This document shows positions 1 through 13,094 of a DNA stretch of 64,000 bases, piece after piece (position 1 is the stretch's first letter; every line of letters starts with the position of its first letter). Made by a program: the position numbers and the translations under genes. The notes beneath the pieces were generated by a model. The model was given only the letters and a program-made list of their open reading frames with translations, was not told where the DNA came from and did no database searches. The DNA comes from Hormiphora californensis (Eukaryota; Animalia; Ctenophora), in assembly GCA_020137815.1 (NCBI GenBank), contig CM035360.1:3720001-3784000 (forward strand). Reading direction: 5' to 3'.

Positions 1-490
1 TAATTTTAACAAATCCACCATCTCGTTCATTCTCCCCCCACTCATAAGACGATTTTAAAAGGTGTGATATAATAGCGAACGTGGGGGTGCAACCTAGCAA
101 AGCATGCATCATTATAGAGAGACATATATGATATTAACCGCATATAAAATACTGGTGAGAGAGAGAGACCCATGGTTAATATCTCTCTTCACTTAGAGAC
201 CGTCCAATGAGCTGCACAGATCAGGTGCTTGTTAATCTGTCATACAATCTTGTCAAGTGTAGGAAACTTTAAAGTTGAACTCTAAAGGATTTGTCCTACC
301 TGGGTGCTTGTTACCAATTGAACTTGACAACCAATATCGTTTTGTGTACTGTGAACTCAAAAAACAACGCTACCATCGGAGAGGAAAGTGTTACGAAAGA
401 GAGTCGGTTCTATAGCATGTACGGCGGGTGTTGTTTAAACTAAAAGAACTACCAGTTTTACTGTGCCATCCTCTTTTTTCTATCTCTCAA

Positions 491-592
<102 letters not shown>

Positions 593-767
593 CATGTCAC
601 CTATATATCGCACACACAATCACACAAAGTACACGGGGGCACATGAGTAGCTTACTATGAATTGTCTGTGGAAGATAGAAAGTACGGAGGTCGAAAAGAT
701 GAAAGGAATATGAAGAAAAGGTATCTTTTTCTACCTCTCTCTTTTCTCTCTCTCTCTCTCTCTCTCT

Positions 768-825
<58 letters not shown>

Positions 826-1257
826 TTCATTCTTTTCATCTTTTTGACCTTCGTACTTCGGAGCTTCCATCTAGAGATGGAGCGAAAATGAAATAGATAT
901 CTGAGCAACTACATTGTATAGATGGTAACACACACGGAGTAGTGGGGAGGCTATATCAACTAAACGTGTTACTAAGTTAAAAAGATCTGTGACGCAGTGG
1001 CGAAGCTTGGGTGGCTCGAATGGTTTAACTAAATCCCGCCCCCGTACTACACAGAAAAACACGTGTTTTATAGCGATCTCGTTCTGGTTTTATATCAAGT
1101 TAGATTTGTATGGATTGTACACACTTTAATCACGTGACGGGTATCGCGTGACTGGTAACGCGTTACTTTTGTTGTTATCTTATCTTTGTAATTCTTGTTG
1201 TCACCACTATCATGATCCGTGACACTTCTACCAGCCTGTTATACCGGTATAGGTTTC

Positions 1258-1293
<36 letters not shown>

Positions 1294-1383
1294 TAATCTA
1301 ACTCCAGGTGGCTAGCTCCTCTCCAGCGTTCGTAATGCGGTTATCCATGGTGATCTTCTAGAGTTCTCTCTCTTTATAATTCA

Positions 1384-1435
<52 letters not shown>

Positions 1436-1766
1436 CCTTTCTATCTCTCTCTCCCTTTCCCAGATCTTGGTGTGTAACCTGATACTAGATTCAGTGTCTG
1501 AGGGAGAGAAAGTGATCTTTTCGTTTGTGTGTGTGGGCATCTGGCGGGCCGCTCCTTTTTAAACATTCGCCCAAAACTCTCCGTTCCTGGGACCTCTTTG
1601 AGACACTTTTGACTCTTCTTTGACCTCCTAACATTCTTTCTGCATTGTTTTTCCGCATTTCCCAAACCCAAATCCCTGTTTCCCCATTTCCCAAATTCCT
1701 GTCCCCCTTAGCTGACTATTGATTATCGACCATTACATTACTAACCTCGTGACTTCTCTCTTAGCC

Positions 1767-4700
1767 ATGTCCCATTTGTTGTTCAGTTTTATCCTCCTCA
1801 ATGTATTATCACTGACAATACAAGGTAAGAGAGTGTGTGAGACGTGTGTGTGTGTAGCAGCCGATTTGAAGCCGTGTGAGCCATCTTTTACCAGCTGATT
1901 CAAAGCTATATTTGTTCATATAATTTGTTTAAAAAAGCAACGTTTTTGTGTGCTAGCTGTTACAAGCCGTTTGTGCTATTTTTCAGCAACTGATCCTCCT
2001 CCACCTAAAACTGAAGCACCTAACCGAGTAGCCATTGTGCGTAATGAAGTTGCAGAGGAAGGGGTGGGAAACACAGGTATCTCGTCATTATGACGTCATA
2101 TGTTATGATCACTGTCATTCATGAGGGATATACAAATATAGTCGTGATCAAAAATTCCTGACTACTTTTAGATTTTGTTTAAAAGTGTGATCGCTATATC
2201 TGTGTGCTGATTACTCCAAGTGCTAAATGTTATGCATGCTCAAGGATCAGAGAACAGTAGAAATATTCATAAAACAATTGTTAAATTATTGTGTTCCGCA
2301 AGATCATATTCATACAACATCTCAATTTTTAAATTATTATTAATTTCCTCAAGAAATAATTTCCATCGAATGAAACTCTTATCAAGCACAGCGGTATTGA
2401 TCAATAAAGTTGAATACCTCTATTCTTCCTGACTCCTGATTTTGCATAATATCTAAATCATAAATTATCTTTTAAATCTTTCAATTTTATCGATAGATAT
2501 CTACCACCTAAAATATCTCACTCAATCCCCTTCATATCAAGTTGTCAACCCCGATGATAAAATACTGATTCTACCCTGATTTCATGGTTGCTATGGTAAC
2601 GACTGTTTCTACCCTGATTTCACCACCCTCTGATCAGGTAACGGCAATACAGTCGGCTACGCTATAATTCACCAACCGTGGGGAAACGACGACCAACTCA
2701 AATTCATTTGTGAGGGAGCTCGAGAAGATATGTAAGTGGGATTTAGTAGGAGCGCTTAGATCAGTTCCCGCCAAAAGTCGTGCGCCACCCCTTTTGCGCA
2801 TTGTCATAGCTCCTTCATTTCAACTCCAATCAAAAAAATGACCTTCAAAAGATCTTGTCGAGATCTACAAACAACTTGAGGGTCATTTTTTGATTCGATG
2901 CAAAGCAAAGGAGTGACAGTAGCCTAAATTTCGTGTGGCGCACGACTTTTGCACGTGCATGCTCTAAGCCCTCCTACTAATTTGAGGAGAGAAAAGTTGC
3001 CTTGCTCGACCCTGTTTGGAGCGGAACAAAACATGAGAAAATCCCAGTTTGAGTGAAACCATTTGTTACAATCTCTTCATGGACACATGAAAGAAGTTAC
3101 TTCTTTTGCAACCACAAATTCTTTTGTGAAAAACCGCAAACAGTAGACCACAAACTGTGCTTCTAGAATCCTACATTTTATAAGTTGAGCTACCACATCC
3201 GATCAGTATACCGTTACAATAAAAAACGTGACCACCCCCCCTGAGTTCTGCGATTGGTATCACTAATTCAAACTGGGGCCCAATAATTTAAAGTGTGGCC
3301 AAACTGCACCAGTCCCACACGTTGTAACAGCTCGACCCCTTCTTCATGTGCAGGGAAAAGTTAAAATGGTATAGAAACGGGGAGCTAATGCAGAGCATCA
3401 CAATTGACGATGAATACTCCCCTAACATACGGGAAGTACACTATGTAAGTTGCTATGACGTCATTGTGTTACCATGGTTGCTATGGTAACCAGTCATTTT
3501 TATTGTGTTACCATGGTTGCTATGGTAACGACTCATTATTATTGTTACCATGGTTGCTATGGTAACGACTCATTATTATTGTAACCATGGCTTTTATCGT
3601 GGTTACAACGACAACAATTGTTTATCATTTTTTACGTTGAATAGTATTTTGTACCGTATAATTACATAACTCACATGCACACTGTTATATTGCACTAGTA
3701 GTAACGTCCCCCCTACTAGAAGTAACTTCCCCCCCCCCCCCCAGTTGATGAATGACAATGATGCTACATACGAGTGTAACGGTATAAAGTTTGATTATGT
3801 GACGATCCCTGAATCGGAGGGTCCTCAGGAGGTGTCCATATGGCAAGGTTTACCCATCGTCTGCATCGACAAGGTTGTTTGTTTGTTTGTTTGTTTGTTT
3901 GTTTGTTTGTTTGTTTGTTTGTTTGTTTGTTTGTTTGTTTGTTTGTTTGTTTGTTTGTTTGTTTGTTTGTTTGTTTGTTTGTTTGTTGGTTTGTTTGTCG
4001 ACAAGGATAATAGTAGGAGGGTACATGTGTGAGGGAGACCGGGGGAGGGTGTGAGGGAGGGAGGGTGTGAGGGAGACCGGGGGAGGGTCATGGTTGTGTG
4101 ATAATCACACGTCATGTCACGCACATCCTTTATGAACTGCAGAAGTATATCCCCATCCCCTGATTAAATAAACCAAATAATGATAGTTTAGTTAAATAAG
4201 CCAATACCAATATCCAAATAAACCAATAAAACCAAATAAACCAATTAATTAATTTGTAATTTGTAACAATTTAATTAACAATTAAAAATAAACCCAGGAG
4301 TATGCGAAGTTTAAGAGCGAACTAACTAACGAGGCCCAAGATACGAAAATAATCGCCCCCACCACCTTGGGAGATAGTGCCAAGTTCTGGCAAAGACTAC
4401 AGTACAAGGTATACAGCTGTCAGAGCGAAAAAACAGCAGGCGATCTCCCCTATAATAAGGGACCGCCTGCTGTTTTTTTACGTTCAGTCGGACTCCGATT
4501 TACAGGGATGCTCCGCCCGGGGATATATAATCTTAGTCCATATTTGTCTTCTTTTCACCCCATGGTGACCCCATCCTCTCGACCAGGTTGATTCAACAAT
4601 GACTATCAAGTGTAATGGGACCGAGGACTTCACATTCAAATCTGAGACAGTTCCTGTGACGAAGCTTGAGTAAGTTTGCTTGCTATCAGAGCATTGGCAG

Positions 4701-5914
4701 TTTGTTTGAGGGATTCACTTTTTGCAAATAAAAAACAACAGAAGTTTTTAAGGTCTATACACATGTTTCATGATGCCCCACGATTCACTTTTTGCTCACA
4801 CCGCTCAAACTACTTTTTTGAATCGTATGTGCCTCCCTTCCCGGTGCACGAAGTGTGAGGTAGTTTCGTTGTGTCTAACCGCATCTCACTACAGGTTCAA
4901 ATCGAAAGAAGTGATTTGTACGTGTACTGACCCGGAAGCCCGTTGTACCCTACAAATCTTCTTGAAGGACAAAATGGTTGCAGAGGCAAAGGCCCAATTT
5001 GTATCCTACAAATATAAATCGGTATGTTCCGTTGTTCCCCACCTATTTAAAAATTTCCCTTATTTTTGAATTTCTACCAACTTGCATCCTCCAAGATCAG
5101 CTTAAACCCGTCTCCCCAACCCCAGATCAACATAGCTCAAGTGAGGTGCGAGGCTAAATGCGATATTGGAGAGGAGAGCATAGTTCTCCCAGTAAAGAAT
5201 ATTGAAGTGAACAGGACACTATTCATTGTTGTCATCTTCATTATCGTCCTCATCATTCTGGTGAGTAACTCATTTAATTAGTTTCGTAATTAGTTCCTAA
5301 TAAGTTCAGAATTAGTCGATAATTAGTTCCTAGTATGCTCATAATTAGTTAATTAGTCCCATATTGTTAAACTCAATCTCTCGCTTCCTCAGATTGTGAT
5401 TATCATGGTGTGCTGCGTGTTGTGGCACCAGTTTGGGTTCAAAGAGAAATACGGATACCAAATTAACATGCGACTCAACAAACAGGTTGGTTTGATTTTT
5501 GAGGTGGGTTTGGGAAGGGCTCAGTTGCACAGAAAATGGTATCTGGAACAGACCAGAAGGCAGTTTCTAATGTATGCTCATGTTGTATTCCAAATTGAAT
5601 TCCTATCAACTGTCCACAGTCCACTAACACCTCCTTCCTCCTAGTTCAACGTTGGTGACAACAAGTTGAGCAGTTACCGACTCTCTGGAGTCCAGCCGGA
5701 TGGTCCCCTCGAGGAGGAGAAGGAAGGGGAGGGGGAGGAGGGTGACATCACCAAGGAGTTCATGGATGATGGTAGCATGGAGGAGGATGAGAGTTTTACC
5801 GATCCCAACTTTGCCCGGGGTAACGGGGAGAAGGATATCGATTACGAGAGCAAGGGAGCCGAGGTGGAGGTGAAACAACCGCGGAGTTTCCCACGAATAG
5901 GGGGGTTTTATTAG
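1767..5914 (+). CDS. Type I membrane protein with Ig-like domain(s), ~11 exons (approx. 1767-1824, 1987-2076, 2638-2731, 3354-3444, 3745-3873, 4298-4408, 4587-4669, 4895-5021, 5126-5260, 5393-5485, 5645-5914)
   Basis: Signal peptide MSHLLFSFILLNVLSLTIQA; Ig core motifs LKFIC, KVKWYRNGE, DNDATYEC; TM LFIVVIFIIVLIILIVIIMVCCVLW; acidic tail ending IGGFY-stop; GT-AG junctions chain in frame. Confidence 0.75.
2742..2980. mobile_element. MITE-like element in an intron
   Basis: Terminal inverted repeats ttagtaggag.gcttaga / tctaagc.ctcctactaa plus internal inverted segments (aaaagtcgtgcgcca / tggcgcacgactttt). Confidence 0.7.
3464..3590. repeat. ~37-39 bp minisatellite carrying RFX X-box-like palindromes
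   Basis: GTTGCTATGGTAAC at 3477, 3516, 3553, plus a single copy at 2587. Confidence 0.8.
3875..3998. repeat. (GTTT)n tetranucleotide microsatellite
   Basis: Directly visible, starts right at the splice donor. Confidence 0.97.
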
Positions 5915-6636
5915 GGAAGAGAGATTAGTTTAGGACTCTCTGTTGAGACTGAGATGTGGAAGAGGATGGCGGTTGTTTCTTTTAGTTCCTTTATGGTGAC
6001 AGAGACTGCTGTTGACTGCTATTGCAGTGCTGTGGGTAAAATGGGAGACACTATAGGGTGACATGTAGGCGAGGGAGTATTAGAAATGTACCATGGTAAT
6101 TGAAGGACAATCATGGTATTAATGGAATTAAAGCTGGCAGGAAATCAGACCAGTAAGGACACACAAACCCCTTTTTGTACATATAACATCAACGCTACAA
6201 TTTCGGAGTGCTTTTTATTCATTTTAATCGTTAGACAAGAGAAAGTAGAACGTAGAAAGTGAGAGAATTTATCACACATAGAGATAGAGAGCTATATATT
6301 TTTTGGACGTATATCCGCCACCAAAGTTTGATGACACATTATGACATGAACACACTAAGTTTGCAGTTAGCACGATTGCAATTTTATTGTTTTGAGCCTT
6401 GTTTAAGACGATTTGCTCGGTAGATCTTGATTATTCCGAGGACCAAGTTCATGAGTGTCCTACTGCACACTGAGTTATCTTATTTTTGTTTCTAACTAAT
6501 TTTATTCACACCAAACCGTGTTTTTTTGCTTTGTACAAACGTAACGCGCGATGTCTTGATGTGTTATTAATCTTTGAACTCCGCGCGCACCAATTAAATT
6601 GTTCGCGCGCGCGGAATTTTCTTTAAAATAAAATAA

Positions 6637-7256
6637 AGTCCGATTTTTAATAAGGAACCATAAAATAATAAAGTTCAAGAGCACCCAAGAGCGTACCCGA
6701 TCGAAGAGAGACCACACCTGAGAGCGCACCACACCCAAAAGAGACCACATCCAAGAGCGCACCACCTCCAGAAGACACCACTTCAAGAGCGCACCACATC
6801 AAAGAGAGCACCACGCGCAGAAGAGACCAGCGCGGCGTTGTATTTGCGCGTGCGGTCTCTTCTGCGCGTGGTGTCCCCTGCGCGCGGTATCTTCTGGACG
6901 GGGAGCTCTCTTTGATGTGGTGCGCTCTTGGAGTGGTGTCTTTTGGAGGTGGTACGCTCTTGGATGGGGTGCGCTCTTGAACTTTATTATGGTTCCTTAT
7001 AATGTGAACGGGGGGCGCGCGAAAAACTTTCCCACGCACCGTGGGAAAGTTTTTTGCGTTTTGTTTCGATCATATCTCTGGCTCCTGATAAGATAAAGAC
7101 TTTATCTTGGTTGCATTGAAAAGGTCTTAAAATTATCTTTCCGATACTTCCGAGATCAAGTCTTAAGATTGTCAGGAACAGAATTTAGCACGCGCAAATG
7201 GAATTAAGTGGAATTAAGTGCGCGCCCCCCGTTCACATTATTAAAAATCGGACTTT
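6637..7256. mobile_element. Composite foldback/MITE-like region with internal ~15-bp subrepeats
   Basis: ataaggaaccataa..aaagttcaagagc (6650) is inverted to gctcttgaactttattatggttccttat (~6975-7000); aatgtgaacggggggcgcgc (7001) is inverted to gcgcgccccccgttcacatt (7220); aagtccgatttttaa is inverted to ttaaaaatcggactt. Confidence 0.7.
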
Positions 7257-7469
7257 AAAACTCAAAATCCGGCTTTTCCGGATTTCAAAAAGGAAAATTG
7301 AAAAGCGCTGTCTTATCCCGCGCTTGAAAAGCGCTGCCTTATCCCGCGGGGGCCAGCAACGTTTGCCAAATCCCGCGCTGCCTATCGGGGGACAGCAGCG
7401 TTTGCCAAGGTCTTTTTCAGATGATTTTATGATGTTCGCTTATTTTAATCAGCTGATTTGTTTTCTAGG

Positions 7470-10380
7470 ATGTTGCCACGGAAAATTGGCACTTCCCCGT
7501 CCCTTAAAGTAGCAGTTCAACGGAGTTTATCACAAAAGAAGCTCTACGTTGAGCTCGCAAAGACTGGTCTACGTCCAGAACTCCTTCCAAAAACATACCC
7601 ATTTGAAGTAAGGGAAGCTTCTATTCCCCCGTTAACACCTGACAAAAGGAAAGATGATATTGATCAAAAAGTTCTAGAAGCACTTGTGAGGGCGGGCGAA
7701 AAGGCCAAGGCTAGGGGACAGCCTGTTCTACCAACGAAAGAGATTTGGGAACATAATGTCGGGAAAGGCCGGTCAATACTCGCCGAAACAAACAATGGAA
7801 TGGACAAAATCCGACAAGCCGGACAAGGTCTAGCTGAACAATTTATCATGAAGTACCCAGAGTCTTTTAAAGTCAGATTCTCGGACAACGTGTCTCGTTC
7901 TGTGGAGTGTACCTGGGTCCAAGGACTGTGTCGGGACCTCAAAATAGATCAGCTACACGAGGTCATGAGAGAGGTTCACCATGGATCACGACAACTCACT
8001 AAGGCTGATTTTGAGGTGCTGATTAAGTTTTTTGGGAAGCACAACACTTGCGCTTTTTTGAATGAGTGGCCTGTGGTAGTGGACCATGTGAATGGGACTG
8101 CAAAATATCTCTGGGACAGCGAGGGAAAGATCAAGGAGAAATTTCATGGTGCCATAAAAAGCTCAAGGTAAGAACAATAAGGACATTTTACATTAAGGGT
8201 ACACCTGGCGTTTTTCATCATCGAGTGCCCAACCAAATGACTTCACCAGGGTTTAGGCCATACAAAATGGACCTCAAATATGCAATTTTAGCCCTAAAGT
8301 CGAATTCATATTTTTGCTACAGCCTATTTTCAAAGTGGCGTTTTTTCAATTTTTGGTGGAATTTTTAACCTCAGGACCACTTTTTTTGAGATAGAAACAT
8401 TAAATTCTTGGAATTTGAAGAGAATATAAAGGTGAAATAAGCCCAAAGAAGGATTTTTGAAATGGAGCTTATTTCTGGCCATGAGAGCGGTTTACTTTTT
8501 TGCTTCTTTGACACGCTGGCTGAGAATGTTCCCATGCTTCATTAGAGATGAAAATCTGGAAATAGTTGCTCAAAACAATTATCTATGTGGCCCAAAAATT
8601 TTGGAAGCTTTCCCGCCAAAGATGTGGTGTACAGAGCTTGTTTTGTGAAACCCATCTTTTTGAAAAAGAGGGAAATTCCCTGTATCTCAAAAACGGATGA
8701 TCGTAGAGACCTGCGACCAAGCTTAATCGATTCAGAAGGTCCGATTTTGGGGGGGTCTTCTGAGAGACATTTTGCTCCTACTCCAACCGTTTTTGCTGTA
8801 CTTGCAAAAACCAATTCTATGAAAAGGGGGAACAACTCTATTCCAGTAGCCTGCTTCGGGCTGATTTCCCCCTTACTTGCTGATACCTTTTTCGCAATTA
8901 CAGCAAAAAACGGTTGGAGTAGGAGCAAAATGTCTCTCAGAAGACCCCCCCAAAATCGGACCTTCTGAATCGATTAAGCTTGGTCGCAGGTCTCTACGAT
9001 CATCCGTTTTTGAGATACAGGGAATTTCCCTCTTTTTCAAAAAGATGGGTTTCACAAAACAAGCTCTGTACACCACATCTTTGGCGGGAAACTTCCAAAA
9101 TTTTTGGGCCACATAGATAATTGTTTTGAGCAACTATTTCCAGATTTTCATCTCTAATGAAGCATGGGAACATTCTCAGCCAGCGTGTCAAAGAAGCAAA
9201 AAAGTAAACCGCTCTCATGGCCAGAAATAAGCTCCATTTCAAAAATCCTTCTTTGGGCTTATTTACCTTTATATTTTCTTCAAATTCGTGAACAAATTGT
9301 TACATCCACCATCATTTTCGTGACATTTGACGAATCTCCTCAGTTACAAATATCTGCCCTCGGTTACACGCCGATAGAGCTCTCTTGTGGCCTACTGAAA
9401 CAACCATATTGAATCTCCTCAGTTATGAAGAGTATCTAAAGCAAGCAGTAAAGTTGCCCTACTGCAAGTCCCTATTGAAAACGGTCGATGTTGAATGTCG
9501 TAATGTTGTTATTGCTAAACAGAAACTCATCGAAGAAACTGAGGACTTGGTTAGTTACTGTCGATCTTATATTAATTGGATGATTGTCAAATATTCTATC
9601 ATATTTAGTTACGGGGAAGTTTTTTGCATCTCCCTGCATCCCAAACATCTCGATTTAACTCGTTGATAAATCTTCAGGCCCTGAGTACCGAAGAAAAGGA
9701 GAACTTCCTGGAGAAGATGGTGCTGGAAAAGTTCAAATCAGAAGCATGGGCAAACCCGGGACTAGGCGGGGACAAGCATTTAAAGACCAGAACTGAGAAA
9801 CTTGTAAAAGCAGGAGAAATGGATGTCCCCAAGTCTTTTTCAAGAGAAATTATACACAATGCAACTTTGCCGGGTGAAGGAAGCACTACGTTTGTCTCTG
9901 TTGCATCGAACCGATCTTACTGTTATTTGTTGTTAGAACAGATGATACGTGATGGATTGGAGCCTAGTGCAGAGGTGGGTGTTTTTATACATAGTTCCTG
10001 CCATGGTAACCTATTATAGAATGCAGACTGCGGAGGTAGGTGTTTCTTACATAGTTCCTGCCATGGTAACCTATTATAGAATGCAGACTGCGGAGGTAGG
10101 TGTTTCTTACATGAAGTTACCATGGTAACCTTGTGCAGAGATACAGGTGCCTGTACAATGTATGACGGGTGTTATTGAGAAGATAATATTTTGAAAATAC
10201 TTGTGAATTCCTCGAGCCACACCCATGTTGAAATTTCTGATTTTAGGCGTACAGTGCAGTGATACAGTCGTGTGTGAAGTTCTATAATCCGGACTTGGCG
10301 TGGGAGGTTTATGAGCTGATGAGATGTAATGATGTTTACCCTACCAAGGAGGCGTTATGTGATCTGTTGTACAGGTAGGT

Positions 10381-10479
<99 letters not shown>

Positions 10480-10482
10480 CCT

Positions 10483-10517
<35 letters not shown>

Positions 10518-10518
10518 A

Positions 10519-10582
<64 letters not shown>

Positions 10583-11171
10583 ATTACACACAACGCTGAC
10601 CCAGAGGATTTTGTAAGCCCCAAGGTGCAGCAGAAACTAGTCCAACTTTTGGCCGATCTGAAAACGAATCCAGACAGTACTCTAACAGATGGTAAGTTGA
10701 ATAAGCAAGCTAAGAACCTAGTATGATGCTCACTCCAACTCCAAGACGCGGATTTCAGTCTTCAGATGAGAATTATTATTATTATTATTTGTTATTAGCA
10801 TGAGAGCTGCTGACTTTGGAATTTAGCTTTATTCAGTGTGAGAGCATTTTTATGCCTATCTAAGTTGGTTCGTATTTTATGAGGCCCGTATTTTCATCAA
10901 TTAAAGTCTATCTAATTCTATGGTGTGTTTAAATCCAGATTTTAATAGTGTGTGTCATAAGTAAGGAAGGCGTTATTATTTAGGTATGCCGCTCTGACGC
11001 TGAGCAGTGTCAGTCAAAATTCAGTTTGCTGGCCCTGTTTTGCCTGGGCGGTATACAAAAACTTATATTATTATTATTATTATTGTTACTAGCAAACCCG
11101 TTCGCCCTACGGGCGAATTTCGGTGAAATGGTAGGTGATTAGAGAACACTGAAATATGATCCCTCGCCTTT

Positions 11172-11215
<44 letters not shown>

Positions 11216-12653
11216 CCTTCTATGTATCTGATTTGACCCCTCAAGCACTTGTGATACGTGATACCTACGAATCACATCGTCATACTGACGGATCACGTCG
11301 TCACATTGACGGATCACGTTGTCACATTGACGGATCACGTCGTCACATTGACGGATCACGTCGTCACACTGACGATAGCGTGTCACATAATAGTTAGATT
11401 AAGGGCCCCCATAAGAAATTCAAGCGGATAAACCTGCATTCACCAAGCGAATCGCTGCGCTAATTTGCAGGTGATTCACCAGGTGTATTTGTTTCAGATA
11501 TGTTCCTGTATTTGTTCTATGGTGTTCACCAGTCCCCAGAGAGGAATGCTGACACTCAATCTCCCGAGGACCTCCTCTCAGATCCCTCTACAATTGTGGC
11601 AGATGGTAAATATAATCACACGCCTCTTGAAGAAATCTACCATTCTAGTAAGAAGATATTCTGTTCTTTCTACAATCTAAATCGTATACTGCTGCTGTTT
11701 TTAGCGTGTGGTTGCCTAGTTTAGTACCTACGATGTGTTTAACATATGACTGAGGAGGTTTGTGCACTGGTATCATGTTGTTGTGAGTGGAAATATAATG
11801 TGGCCTCTATTTTTGCTGATGCATCTCAACTGTTTAGAGTAAAACTATCCAAAACAATTGTTTCCCAAATTCCCAATATTATTTTCACACCTTCCCTCTC
11901 AGTTCCAGAGAGTGTGGGGAAAGCTATCTCAAAGTACAACTATCAGATATTGTTTGATATGATCGCCCTACTCAAAGCTGGATCCTTCAAACTCAGGTTG
12001 GTTCTTTGTCACTCTGGCATTTTATGATTGTTCGCTCTTAGCTTGAATTCTTATCTTATGTATCTTACTCAGAGTCTGAATTTCACAAATTATCAGTATG
12101 AACTACTCTAATATTAGTGCTACAGTTGCAACAAGTGTCTAACAGCAAACTAACTACAGATTTTCAACTGCCTACAAGATGCTGGTGATGCATAATTTAA
12201 CGGTGGGAGGGGGGTATAAGACCAAGTTTTCACGGGACTTCACTACTGCCATCTACAACTTGTCCGTTAAACATCCTACAGCGTTTGAGAAGTTGGTGAC
12301 TAAACATATTGAATCAACAACTAGATTGAATCCTGACTCTTGATACTTGATAATTGATAGTTGATATTAGTGGACATTGGACAGTCGTTCCACGGATGCT
12401 TGATAATAAACGGTTTAATCACCCTCAGCAGAAGTGTGGTAGACGAATGCATGCATCTAAATCCAATCACGACTTATGACGTACAGCAAAAGAGGTTGAA
12501 GACACCCCAGGAGGATCTGAAACAGCTTATTAGCGGGTTTACTTTGTGGACTGTCAATCGTCCAAATTTGTGTATTTCAGAATTCTATCTTTGAGATTGA
12601 GTAGAGGGAAGGTTAAACAAAGACAACCCTTGGAAGGCGCTGACCTAAATTGA
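7470..12653 (+). CDS. PTCD3: Mitochondrial pentatricopeptide-repeat protein, PTCD3/mS39-like, multi-exon (3' end approximate)
   Basis: DQKVLEAL and AGQGLAEQFIMKYPESF resemble PTCD3 AVLQAL and SGENVAKFIINSYPKYF (recalled); PPR-like segments LLEQMIRDGLEPS and AYSAVIQSCVKFYNPDLAWEVYELMRCNDVYP (10248-10374); basic N-terminal presequence. Confidence 0.65.
8411..9287. mobile_element. Large foldback element in PTCD3 intron 1: ~400-bp inverted arms, ~80-bp spacer
   Basis: The same ORF translation appears on opposite strands (8457+ and 9242-); arms ~8411-8810 and ~8888-9287. Confidence 0.88.
9971..10130. repeat. 60-bp tandem repeat starting at a splice donor
   Basis: atagttcctgccatggtaacctattatagaatgcagactgcggaggtaggtgtttcttac x2 plus partial copies. 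Confidence 0.9.
11268..11386. repeat. 21-bp minisatellite (ggatcacgtcgtcacattgac) x~5
   Basis: Directly visible. Confidence 0.92.
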
Positions 12654-13094
12654 ATTCTCAATTTTGTCAATCTCACAATTTGAATTTTATCGTTATAATT
12701 GAAATCTTTTAATCTCAAACATTTAAAAGGCCCTTTAGAAATTCCAAGTTAACGACTCTCGAAATTTACTAACTTCAAATTGAATCGAAATATTCAAAGT
12801 TGAATGACAATTGACGAATTTTTGCCAAAGTTTCAACTCAGCCTTAATTTAAAGATGTGTAGACTACTGATTGCACATTTAAAATCGTCCTTTTAGCTGT
12901 TTTCGGTCATAAGTGTGATTGGATTCTAGTCACCCAAACTGGCTAATGACATTTTGGCATGCATAGTGAATTAAAATACCGGTTCAAGATGATTCAATGC
13001 ACTCCTTCCGTGGGCACACCGCGTCAAAGTGTCCTGACTAATGGGCATCAAATTGTTGGGATATATTTCTTCAATGATGATGTCAGATATAAGA

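Noticed and set aside
8457-9242. Paired ORFs on both strands suggesting a duplicated gene
   Set aside because: Product of the inverted-repeat arms; no transposase or other domain motifs
11268-11386. Regular repeat resembling a CRISPR array (also 32796-33215, 38207-38398)
   Set aside because: Head-to-tail units without unique spacers, no cas genes, eukaryotic context
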